Shown: in pieces, positions 41,833 through 53,600 of the stretch
Position numbering within the stretch: position 1 is the first letter of the stretch
Layout of the letters: every line of letters starts with the position of its first letter
Origin: Octopus vulgaris
Taxonomy: Eukaryota
Direction: 5' to 3'
Length of the DNA stretch: 64,000 nt
Assembly (NCBI GenBank): GCA_951406725.2
Contig: OX597818.1
Coordinates: forward strand, 118,978,001-119,042,000
The notes under the pieces: model-generated
What the model was told of the DNA's origin: nothing
What the model saw: the letters and a program-made list of their open reading frames with translations, nothing else
Database searches by the model: none
Translations under genes and position numbers: made by a program

Positions 41833-42135
41833 TATGCGCCCTTCAAGCCTAGCCAGGCTCGTGGGCCCAGTTTCGCGGTTTCTGTGGTGTATGTGTTCTC
41901 CTCAGCTGGACGGGACGCCAGTCCATCGCAGCGTTACTCAAGAAACAGGAAGAGAGAGTGAGAGAAACTTGGGACGAAAGAGTACAACAGGAGTCGCCAC
42001 CAACCCCTGCCTGAGCCTCGTGGAGGTTTAGGTGTTTTCACTCAATAAACACACACAACGCCCGGTCTGGGAATCGAAACTGCGATCCTCCGATCGCGAG
42101 TCCGCTGCCCTAACCACTGGGCCATTGCGCCTCCA
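41833..42135 (-). mobile_element. tRNA(Arg-like)-derived SINE with V-SINE-like domain and A-rich tail
   Basis: Reverse complement: TGGAGGCGCAATGGCCCAGTGGTTAGGGCAGCGGACTCGCG...GATGGACTGGCGTCCCGTCCAG...GAAACCGCGAAACTGGG...ATAAATAAAAAATAAA. Confidence 0.85.
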
Positions 42136-42396
42136 CATATGATTGTATACTAAAAAACAGAAAAAAGTCATTCGGATGGAGTTCAGTGGGGAATTGTAAA
42201 GCATGCAGAAATTATTTTATATAAGTGACCTTTCCTATCCTTTCCGTTTACAGGGAAAAATTAGTGAAATAATAACAGATTAAAACCAGCATCACTAAGT
42301 AGAAATCACATCGACAGTGTAGAGCCAACAGTTATTACATACTATCAAGACTTATGAAAGGATTCTGTTACTATAATATTGCAAAATTTTATTTAC

Positions 42397-42672
42397 ATTT
42401 ACATTATTTACATTCGACGGATATTTGTCTTCATCTTATTTGTTGTTAATACAATGTTTCGGCTGATATATTCTCCAGCCTTCTTCAGGTGTCTTGGAGG
42501 AAATTTCGAACCTAGGTTCTCATTCCTAAGGTATTTTTCAATGTTATTATTATTATTATTATTCAAGTCCCTGCTTGGAATCGAACTCAGAATCTTGGGG
42601 TTAGTAGCCCGCGCTCTTAACCACTACGCCATATGCTCGTGGGCATATCCGTTGAATGTAAATAATGTAAAT
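42397..42672 (-). mobile_element. tRNA-headed short element with a hammerhead-like motif, bounded by 28-bp inverted repeats
   Basis: A-box TGGCGTAGTGG, B-box GAGTTCGATTCC, (AAT)n, then CTGAAGA-A-GGCTG..CAGCC-GAAA. Inverted repeats at 42397-42424 and 42645-42672. Confidence 0.7.
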
Positions 42673-43798
42673 AATGTCCATAATTCCTCATCTCTTAAGT
42701 ATAGAGCTGAACTTTATTTTTCTTTAAATAAATAAGTACTGGCTGGTGGTACTTCTCTGAGTGAGAACATTCTCCATTCTGATGATTCTACAGATTTGCC
42801 GTCCCATTTAAAACGCTTCCATCATAGCGTAATCGACTTAAATAATGTTAGTTGTAGATGCTTTGTATACTTTTATGTAATAGAAATAAGGATTCTGAAC
42901 AAAAGCTACAGAACTAGAAATGAAATAAGCATCCAATAAATAAATATAATTAAGCAACAAATTTAATAGGAATGGCTTTGAGTATTCGATATAAAGATTG
43001 GTATCAATGGTGGCTTTCAGTGTCTAACATTTCAGTTCGACGATTCAGTAACTGCGAAGGAATGAAACAGGAAAATTCATTTGGTAATCTAAGCTTTTCA
43101 TATTAACCTGTTTCTAGGACGATAGAGTCGAATAGATGGAAGTTAATAAAGTTAATATCTGGGTAATTATTTCTGAATCTATACCAGAAGATTACAAGAC
43201 AAAGTGAATTTGTAATCAAATTTGAAACTATACAAATGCCACAAAAAGGTTTTGTCCGACACACTATCAATAAACTACCATTTGGCCGACTTAAAAACAT
43301 ATTTCCCAATTGAAATTTATTTAGTTATATTTAAGACACCCTTAAATACTTTTACCCTATCAAACAAGAAAGCTGTTGTAATATTTAATTTTATCACTCT
43401 TTATGTGAATAAATCTTTCACAAATAATGTTATATTTTTAAAAGATTCATTAAATTTTAAATGATTATGAATAAACGAATAAACAGCCCCAATATATAAC
43501 TATTTAATAAAGGGATAGAAGAGGAATTTTAATTAAACGCCGTTGAAGATTTACTAGAATTAGCTTTATTACAACAACAGTTATATAACTTAATGAATTA
43601 GCTAAGCTTTAAATTTAAAAAAAGACATACGTGAGATAAAAATAGACTAACATTAAGATTTGATATAACAGCTTATGTCAAACTGTTGCTGTTACAAGAA
43701 TGAAAATAACAATGTGTATCTTAAAGCTAAACTTTATTTACTTTACAATTAAATGTATAATACTCATCTCTAGCACATGAACATTACCCCACGTTATA

Positions 43799-44260
43799 CA
43801 GGGTGTTTAATGTCATGTATATGCAGATTGCGGTGAATAAATTGACGTCAAAATTGCGCAAAAGTGAAAATAACATTTCATTTTAACATGTATATGTACC
43901 AACATTACATAACAAATATATTGAAATACTTGAGTATTTCATGATACTTTAGTATTTCAAGATAATTTATTTAATAAAATCGTTATTGGCTTCAATCTCG
44001 ATCTCCAGACGACTTCGGAATCTCGGGTAACTCTTCTGGCCGGTATCCTCGTTTAAGCTGGTGAATGCTGCCATAATCCTGGCCTTTAGTTCATCTTTGG
44101 TGTTACAAGGAGTTTGGTGGTCTCTCTCTCAACTGCGCCCCACGCATAACAATCAAGGGGGTTCCAGTCTGAGGAGTTAGGTGGCAAGACGTTAGAGGTG
44201 ATATCTTTGCAGAAATTGTCTGATAGCCACAGCTGGACTCTTCTGCTTGTGTGGCATGGT
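43799..44260 (-). pseudogene. Tc1/mariner (maT/DD37D-like) transposase C-terminal remnant with terminal TA|CAGGGTG
   Basis: Minus strand PCHTSRRVQLWLSDNF...LPPNSSDWNPLDCYAWGAVERE /frameshift/ CNTKDELKARIMAAF...FRSRLEIEIEANNDFIK*; matches WPPNSPDLNPLDYxVWG. Confidence 0.78.
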
Positions 44261-45575
44261 GAGTTTTATAAAACTAAAATATCAATTTAAGAACGTAATG
44301 CATTTATAACCACATTGAAAAGTTGCCGAAATCATTGGAAACTTAGCAAAAATAGTTACTTCGTTTCAAAGGAAATGCTGTTTTCGTTTTGCTTCCACTT
44401 GGCATACTTAAAGAAAAACGCATAGGAATTTTTTTGTCCCTATACCCTTCTTATCTTTCAGTAAATATCACTTCAATGCCCGTAAGATTCATTTTTTAAT
44501 CACGATAAAATAACTACAGAAACAACGCATGTTTTTTCTTTGGCTTCCCCTCCCTTTCTATTTCTTCTTTGTCAACAATTCTTTGTACTTGATGTCGATA
44601 ACACGACAGATTAAATTGTTGAATGAGTTTGACTGTTTGACCGGTAAAAATTCTGACCAAAACATATCAACAATCCCATAATTTTTAATCAGTCAGCTCA
44701 AATGTTACCGTGAATTTGTAATATCTATTTCGCTCGGTCGTAAGTTTTGAAATTATTATCATTAGCCATACTCTATATTGAACAAAAAAATTCTGAAATC
44801 AGAAGTATAATATAGCTAATTAATCTTTCGTTGATTTACTAAAATTAACTTTCCGTTTTATTGAAACAGATTTACAATTCACGATCGCAGTAACCTGAGG
44901 TGTACTGTAACAAAAGTGAAAGTAGAGTATTCATTTATATTTACAACTGAAAGTGTTTTTCTCTTCAAAATAAAATTTGAAAGTTACAAAAAATATGAGT
45001 GCAGAACTAAGTCAAATCTCCAACAAATACATTTTTACAATTTTTTCACAATATTCCTCATTTTACTGCGGGAAATTTCTCTGAAAAATCTTTGCAGGAA
45101 AGTGAGTAGATTGACTACATATTTCTTTCATTGATCTATCGCAGTTTTTCTTCGCCCAACAAATTCCTGTGAGACTTGGTCGTTATTTCTAGCATGTGTA
45201 TAGTCTGCTTGAAGTCCATGGAATCGGGAAAGAAGGGGGTTGGGGATATTTCATTTATTTATTTATTTATTGTAAAATTAATATTTTACAGTTTTCTTCA
45301 GAATCATAATGTTCGTATTCTCAAAAGAGTGAAAAATGAAGAAATTTGAATTGAAATTTTGAATTTGCGAATTTCGCAAATTTTTTTCAGAATAGGAATT
45401 TCCATAACCGAAAACATGGGTTTCCGTAAAAAAACAATTTTAAAGACAGCGGAGGAAGGGTTGGGTTATGTTTTCCCATGTGTGCCTAGTATTTATTGCA
45501 TGACCAACCTCAGAAGTCACTGCACGCCGCTGATATATACTGGTATATACATATGAGAGACACAGAGAGGGCGAC

Positions 45576-45630
<55 letters not shown>

Positions 45631-45930
45631 CAAACAGATAGATAGACAAACAGATAGACAGATAGACAAACAGATAGATAGATAGACAAACAGATAGATA
45701 GATAGATAGATAGACAAACAGATAGATAGATAGACAAACAGATAGATAGATAGACAAAGAGATAGAAAGATAGACAAACAGATAGATAGATAGACAGACA
45801 GACAGCTAGCTAGCTAGCTAGATAGATAGATAGATACACAATTAAAGATTAATTAAAAAATTGACAAACATCCCTTACAGCTCTAAGGGATGTTTGTCAA
45901 TTTTTTCTGTTCTCTCATCTTATTATTACA

Positions 45931-45971
<41 letters not shown>

Positions 45972-46005
45972 TAGATAGATAGATAGATAGATAGAAAGAT
46001 AGATA
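45576..46005. repeat. (GATA)n/(GACA)n microsatellite interrupted by a 52-bp palindrome at 45855..45906
   Basis: AAAAAATTGACAAACATCCCTTA-CAGCTC-TAAGGGATGTTTGTCAATTTTTT. Confidence 0.9.
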
Positions 46006-46544
46006 GGAAAAAGAGGGTAAGAGAGATGCACGTATGTCTGTTATAATTTTAAAGAGAGTGGGAGATATGTAAGATCACACATATCAACTTCAGCATAATA
46101 AATATATCAGAAGTGTGGAATCCACTTATTTATTTAATAAGGCAAAGAAAAACAGACAGGACAAAATTGTTTGAAGGTAAAATATTACACTTTGCTATTT
46201 TGCCTGATTAGATCCTTAATATGTTATCATTGTTAATTCCAAGATCGTTTGTATGTGTGCGCTTTTGTGTGTGTTTGTGTGACTGTGAGGGTGTATATGA
46301 GTGTGTGTGTGTGAGAGTGTGTGTTTGTGACTGTGAATGTGCGCGCGCATGTGTTTGTGCGTCTGTGCATGGTTATGTGTGTGTGAGTGTTTGTGGGTCG
46401 GTGAATGTGTGTGTGTGTGAGTGTGTCTGTGACTGAGTATGTGCGCGCATGTGTTTGCGTATGTGTGTGTAACTGTGAGTGTGCGTGCACGCGTATGTGC
46501 GTATGTGCGCGTGCGTACGTGCGTGTGTGTGTGTGTGTGTGTGT

Positions 46545-46790
46545 GATTCTGAGTGTGCTCGTACGCGTGTGTGCGTATGTCTGTGTGCGTACGTGTGTGT
46601 GTGTGATTCTGGGTGTGCTCGTACGCGTGTGTGCGTATGTGCGCGTGCGTACGTGTGTGTGTGTGATTCTGGGTGTGCTTGTACGCGTGTGTGCGTATGT
46701 GTGCGTACGTACGTGTGTGTGTGTGTGTGTGATTCTGGGTGTGCTCGTACGCGTCTGTGCGTATGTGTGCGAGCGTACGTGTGTGTGTAT
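46545..46790. repeat. ~60-bp minisatellite (4 units) built from GT/GC dinucleotides
   Basis: GATTCTG anchors at 46545, 46605, 46665 and 46731. Confidence 0.9.
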
Positions 46791-46854
46791 GAGTGTGTGT
46801 GTGACTGTGAGTGTGCTAGTAGGCGTGTATACATGTGTGTGTGCATGTATAACA

Positions 46855-46990
46855 GACTTCTGGGAGGAGAGCGAGAAATTAGTGGTTGGAAAGTAGAAAA
46901 TGCGGAATCGAATCATTTGGCTATTCGGAGGAGAATGTTGTTGAGAGACTTGTTCTCTCCATTATTCTTCCTCATTACGTTAATCATTCT
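46855..46990 (+). pseudogene. Highly decayed non-LTR RT fragment (R4/Dong-like)
   Basis: IRRRMLLRDLFSPLFFLITL resembles IRRGIFQGDTLSPLLFCLAL in the 37414..38787 ORF. Confidence 0.4.
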
Positions 46991-48034
46991 TAGAAGTATA
47001 CAGAGTAAATTGAGGCTCGCCGATAATTTTGTCAACACCACGGTGAAAAAATGACCGCAAACTGTACACAAGAAATTAACACACCTTCATAATCCAATCA
47101 CTGAAAGGCTGTTTTGGGAGAATAATTGTGCAGTGTTAATTCTGAAGAACGGCTGAAAGCTAAAATCTGGTGGTATGAATATGCAAGACAATATCATAAG
47201 TGCTTTGTGAATTACTGAGAGATACACATACCTAGGAGTACCTCGGAATATAGGACAATGAGTGAGGCATACGGCAGGTAAGCAAAGGAAAGATCAAATG
47301 AAACCTCATGAAATATCAACAATGCTTCAAAATACATCTCGCGGTCAAACTTGCAAAGAGCTGCCCAATACTAATAACCACTCCCTGTGGAACCACCAGC
47401 TATATCAGTACAATGACCACAGATTTTAGGTAAAATTTAACAAATTTAAGTACATAAAACTAGCCATAAACCACTGTATATCTTGAAAGATATATACATA
47501 TGCTGCTATAGTGGAACATTATCATTCCCTGTAAGTTAGAACTAAATATAAATATAAAATAAGCAAATACTTTCAACACAATCGACGAATGGACAAATGG
47601 ACAAATGCTAGAGCGGAACAACAACAATAAAATATTCAAAACGAACCAGAACATTTTTTTTATTAAACAACATTGACAGATGAAAGAAAATTCCTTATTA
47701 AAACTCATTCAGCAGTATGTGCTGAAAGAAGTTTATAATAACTGGGCAATTAGTGAAAGTGCTGCCTATAAATAAATACTACCAGGACGTGCCAGGTTTG
47801 CACCACAGACAGATATTAAATAATTGCCGATCGATAATGCTTGAGACGGAGATGAAATTTGTTGATATTAGGCTGGAAGCATCGGAATAAATTGCACTCT
47901 AAACATGGTACAAAATACTGAAATAACTGACGCATTTGAGTAGCAATATCACCACCAGCAATCCAACAACAAAATATACTAATCTAATGAAATAAGTTAT
48001 ATAAAACAAACACCAATATGTAAGATCTAGGTAG

Positions 48035-48240
48035 AGAACTGGCGCAATCGTTAGCAGGCCGGGGGAAAATCTTAGTGGCATTTCGTCCGTCTTTGCATTC
48101 TAAGTTCAAATTTTTCCAAGGTCAACTTTGTTTTCATCCATTTCGGGGTCGATAAATTACGTTTTAGTTGAGCTCTGGCGTCGATGTAATCGGCTTAGTC
48201 CCTCCTTCGAAATTACTGGCCTTCTGCCAAAATTTGAAAT
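48035..48240 (+). mobile_element. SINE family B
   Basis: TCATCCATTTCGGGGTCGATAAATTA domain with the family head. Confidence 0.7.
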
Positions 48241-48304
48241 GAATTTGTAATAGCTGGAGGAACATACCAAAGAATCGATGGTCAATGTAAATAATATTAA
48301 CGTT

Positions 48305-48690
48305 GGCGCAGGAGGGGCTGTGTGGTAAGTAGCTTGCTTACCAGCCACATGGTTCCGGGTTCAGTCCTACTACGTATCACATTGTGCAAGTGTCTTCTAC
48401 TATAGCCTCGGGCCGACCAAACCCTTGTGAGTGGATTTGGTAGACAGAAACTGAAAGAAGCCCGTCGTATATATGTATATGTGTGTGTGCGCTTGTGTGT
48501 CTGTTTTGTCCCCTCAACATCGCTTACAACCGATGCTGGTATGTTTGCATCCCCGTAACTTAGCAGTTCAGCAAAAGAGTCCGATAGAATAAGTACTAGG
48601 CTTATTAAGAATAAGTCCTGGGGTCGATTTGCTCCACTAAAGGCGATGCTCCAGCATGGCCGCAGTCAAATGACTGAAACAAGTAAAAAA
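48305..48690 (+). mobile_element. SINE family A, near-complete copy
   Basis: A-box GGCTGTGTGG, B-box GGTTCAGTCC, internal microsatellite, tail GGCGATGCTCCAGCATGGCCGCAGTCAAATGACTGAAACAAGTAAAA. Confidence 0.88.
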
Positions 48691-49262
48691 GCAAAAGAGT
48701 ATCATACACATTGACACGCCAAAGCTAAAGGAAAGACGTCTTGAAACACCACATACGTATCAATGAACTGCCTTCTCGATGAATCAACACGAAAGGAGTC
48801 CTCAGAGACTTGCACCTTTTGCCCAATCCTCAGCCATATGCAGTATTACAAGGGTTTACATATGAATGGAAAACAAAATCTACTTTAAGACCATCTCAAG
48901 AAATTTTCTCACATAATCCTCCCATCTTTTCAATGTTATGATAAACATTTAAATAATATATCAGGCAGTTTAATCGAAAACAAGATTTAGAAATTGCAAA
49001 GCAAACTTATTAAATATTCGGCCTCATAAGCCTAGGTGTGATTGTTGATAAGAATTTTGCTTCCAAACTGCATGGTTCCGGGTTAAGCCTCTTGGGTAAG
49101 TGAGCCCTAATAAATCACCCGAACGCCCGAAACGACCAACGTCTTACAAATAGATTAATTTGATGAAGCTACAAAACACTACTGTACACACACACACACA
49201 CATATATATATATGATTGTATGTATAAACACACACACACGCACACACACGCAAATATATATA

Positions 49263-49547
49263 CAGGGCAGCCCCAAAGTAGGTTTTCGTTTATCACGTAG
49301 GGACTTTAAATTTCTTTAAAAAAATGTTATTACATTTAAATTTCCATCTTATAATTGGAGCCCTCCTTAATACAGAGGGTTTCTTGTACATGCAGAAGAC
49401 ATCTCACCTGGCTAGTACCTTTATATTGTAATTAGCATAGAATAATGGTTTCATGGTATTTTTTTTTATAATTAAGATTTAAACTGTTAATATATGCATG
49501 CGAAAGAGATAGCTGAATAACTGTAAACCTACTTTTGGGCCACCCTG
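49263..49547. mobile_element. Tc1/mariner-type MITE with TA target duplication
   Basis: TA|CAGGGCAGCCCCAAAGTAGGTTT ... AAACCTACTTTTGGGCCACCCTG|TA imperfect TIRs. Confidence 0.85.
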
Positions 49548-49557
49548 TATCTGTGTA

Positions 49558-49595
49558 TCTTTCTGTTGAAGAGCGTAGGCTCGAAACGTTAAAGA
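49558..49595 (+). ncRNA. Minimal hammerhead-like motif, variant core (copy 1 of 4)
   Basis: TCTTT-CTGTTGA-A-GAGC-GTAG-GCTC-GAAA-CG-TT-AAAGA. Confidence 0.45.
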
Positions 49596-49692
49596 CTTGT
49601 TTTATTTATATTTCCTGAGCGCCATACTAATACAATTGTTCGTTTGTTTTCCACCTGCCTTCGTCTTTTGTTTATTTTCATAAAGCTTCCCG

Positions 49693-49740
<48 letters not shown>

Positions 49741-49751
49741 GTGTGTGTATT

Positions 49752-49798
<47 letters not shown>

Positions 49799-49799
49799 A

Positions 49800-49835
<36 letters not shown>

Positions 49836-50675
49836 CTAGCATTACAGACCCGTCGTTGCCGGGTCATAGTGCTAGTGCATGTATATATGTGTATATATAT
49901 GTGTACATATTACATGTACATCTATATATATACATCTACTCATAAAATACAAAATACAAAGTTATATCTTGATATCGCTAGTGATAACAATACTCGAAAT
50001 ATATAACAGACTGGAATTGTTAGCCCATCTCTTGTACTTTCGATCAATTGTATCTTGCCCTCCCTCTTGTATAGAAGTGTGGCTACAATCCGACGGTTGC
50101 AGCGAAATTCATTTTTGGACTTTCTTCTATCGAGGAGATTTTAACAAAAATACTTCCGTGTAAACGGTGAAAATATTGTCAATTTCCCCAAACAGGGACA
50201 CAATTCAATTTTTAAACAATAATCAAAGCTCCTTCTCCCAAAGAGGGAGGGTTACGGTTTACAATTATTTAACAAATGCAACACAACAACGCTTCCCTTA
50301 CGAGGAACCAACAAACATGATAACAATAGTTAAACAGAAATAATAATAACAACAAACCTTACGGTAAACCAAAAAGCCGTACTCTGTTGAAGCTATAGGC
50401 CTTTATGGATCAGAAATAAACTAACAGCGGTACTCAGTAGATATTTCTTTATTACGATTATAAAAATCGGTACACAGAATTACAAATACAGGACATACAT
50501 ACAAAAACATTTAAGAGAATCGTTTAAAAATTGTTTAAATTCGTTATAAAAATATTAACCTTTGCTTAACTAGTATAGCAAACAACAGTAGGTAACCTTG
50601 TCGTCTCACTGGCGTTTTTACACCCCGGCAATTTGTGAGGCCCTGCAGCTTCCACTTCCTCTCTCTCCTCCATGA

Positions 50676-53600
50676 TCAAGCTGGGTTTCTCACACCCACC
50701 TTTCTTTCTACTTCCTTCCATCTTTTCTCGTACACACCCCGCGGCAGGGTCCTCTTCTCCAGCCCCATTTTGCTCTTCAGATGATATCTGAAGTAAGTGA
50801 GCAAGCCGGGTCCGGAGATGAAGGACCCTATCGCGGCTCCTTCCATTCTCGTTCTCCACATGCATTCCTTTACCACTGCCACCGTGCAGTGGAAACATGC
50901 CTCACCTTCCTTCGAGAGTCCAGTTGGCGGTATCATCTTAATCATAGACTCAGCCGACAGCTGTACTCGTCCCAGATGGGACAACACGTGTTCTGCGTAA
51001 CTTATCAAGTCGGACAACTTCCGACAGTGAACAAAGGCGTGCTGGACGGTTTCATCGTCCAACCCGCACCTTGGACACGTCGGTGGCACTTGAACTCCGT
51101 GCCGCGATAACTTCTCGCGAACAGGTAAAGCATTCCTGTAGCACTGCCAGGCCAGGGATCTTTGGAAATTATCCAAATACCCCGACCTGAAAGTTTTTTT
51201 AAACAGGTTGGCGAGCTGGTCTTCATCAAACCCCAGAGCCCCTCCTAGGACGTCGTCATTTTTTACCTCCACCAGCCCTCTATAAAATACCGAGGTGGTA
51301 TTTCCGCAGCCGGCCTTACCCGTCTTGTGGATCAGCGTGAGTGCCTGTCGGCACTCTTTTTGCCATGGAGTCAGTTTCCATCTTTTGATGTAACCGGGTT
51401 TAAAATTAACTAAGGAGGCCGGTCTCGGGAAAAATCCCTCTGCCAGCGGACTCCACACCTTATCACCCTCCAGGTGGTGCCAGAGGTGCCTTAGCCTCAA
51501 CGCATGTCTGCGCATCATCAACCAAGGCATCCCTAACCCGCCCTTTAACGGTTCTTGGCAGCAAACGGATCGTCTCACAAGTGGCTTTCCTCCTTTCCAC
51601 AAAAAGCGGAAAAGGATTCGTTCCAACTTGTTAAGCCATGAATCGGGGCAAGGGACAACGGTCAGGCGGTAGGTGATTACAGATGCAATAAACATCTGCA
51701 CCACCTCCGCCCTTCCTTTCAGGGACAGAGACCTTCCGGACCAGGTCCGTACTATGGCCTCCACCCTGCTCGTCACCTCGCTCCAGTTCTTCTCCGTTTG
51801 GGAGTCTGGTCCAAACCAAACTCCCAGCAACTTAACAGGGCCATCCGTCCAGTGTCCCACGACACTGGACGATATCGGCTTGCTCCTCCAGGTGCCGAGG
51901 CGCAAGCCAACCGATTTGTCCTTGTTAACCTTTGCTCCTGCCACCGCCTCGTATCCTCTGATAACCTCCTCCACACAAGGTAGTTGGGCCTCTTTGGACA
52001 CGATGAGGGTGACGTCATCCGCGTAAGCAGTCACCGTCCTCCCACCTCCGATTTCATCCGAGTTACTCCCCAGCCTCTCCAACTTTCGCAGCAGTGGCTC
52101 AAGAGCCAATACGTACAAAAGTGGTGACAAGGGGCACCCCTGACGCACTGAACACTTGATCGAAAACGGTTCCGTTAGGTAACCGTTTATCTGGACGGTG
52201 GACTTGATGCCGCTATACATAGCGGAGATCCACCCGCGAAATTCAGGGCCCAGCCCAGTCGCTTCGAGGACCGTCGCCAGGTACCCATGGTCTACCCTAT
52301 CGAAGGCTTTACTTTGGTCTAAATGGACCATTACCCCACCTTTGCCGGCTAATTTACCCACCCTATCTAAGGTGTAGCGTATAAGGTGAAGATTGTCCTG
52401 GATCGACCTGCCTGGAATTGCACATGTCTGTGCTCTCCCTACAAGTTTCTCCACGACAACCGTCAACCTTTTTGCTAACACCTTGGCCAGAATCTTTAAC
52501 TCTACATTAAGTAGAGTTATGGGCCTGTAGTTACTAATATTATCCCCCTTGCTCGGGTCTTTCTGGATTAGCGTCACCACTCCCCGGCTTACAGAACTGG
52601 GGATTCTCCCATTCTGCTGCCAGTTCGTGTAGACGCCTGCCAGTATTCCCCCGAACAAGTCTGGCATACTTTGGTAAAACTCATAGGGCAGACCATCCAA
52701 CCCCGGCGACTTCTCCCCGGCGCATCCGGCCAGTATCTCCTTTATCTCCGCGGGAGTGATCGCTCCCTCACAGCACTCCACTTCACGCCCCGCGAGCCGC
52801 GGTCCGCCGGCCAGGAAGTCCTTTAAGGCCCTCCCCCGATCCAGCGAACCACCACCCCCGAACACGCGAGCGAAATGCTGGTGAAGAAACTTTTGCATCT
52901 CCTCCTGTCCATAGATCTTTTGTCCCTGTTCGTCAGTCAAAGATTTAATTGAGGCTCTATTGCCTCTCTTACTCTCCACACGACGGGCCCATACGGCCAC
53001 GTTAATACCTTCTCGTTTCCCAGCACGCAGCTTAGCTCTGACTCTGCAACCTTCGTACTTGGAGTTAAGGTGACGGTACAATACCGTCCTTGCCGCCAAC
53101 ACTCCGGATGCAGAGCCAGCTTCCATTGCCTCGTCTAGATTCTTGACTAAATCGCCCTCTAGACTAGCCCTATCTATCCTTAGCTGATTGCTAAATCTGA
53201 CGGACTCTAAACGAATGGCTCTTTTGAGGGCGTGCCACCATCTATTGTTAATGATGGTGCCACACAATGCCCTCTGAACTAACACCTTAATCCGGGTACG
53301 GAAGTCTTCACAATTCAAAATAGCCTTGTTCAGCTTCCAGTACCCGGGTCCCTGTCTATGACACTTGTCTAATTGCACCTCACACGTCACAAATTTGTGA
53401 TCCGAGTAAGGTACAATATGAAATTGTGGACAACTAAACGTATCCTTATCTCTTTTCTTAATAAATATCCTATCTAGATACGATCTGTGTGAGCCGTCGT
53501 TGTTACTCCACGTCCACTGTGGAACGCTCGGCTCATCCAGTCGGTAACGGTCCACTAGATCAAAGCTCTCTAGTAGACCCTTGAGGCTAGGGTTCCCCTT

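Noticed and set aside
42565-42636. Possible tRNA gene with ACT anticodon
   Set aside because: Acceptor stem does not pair, stems are imperfect and there is no T-run terminator; treated as a SINE head.
46545-46790. CRISPR-like regular spacing (also 32575-32775)
   Set aside because: Units are tandem with no unique spacers; eukaryotic context and no cas genes.
47030-47820. Possible Gypsy integrase remnant (ISDNGPQF-like trace near 47400)
   Set aside because: Needs several assumed indels; cannot be supported by eye.
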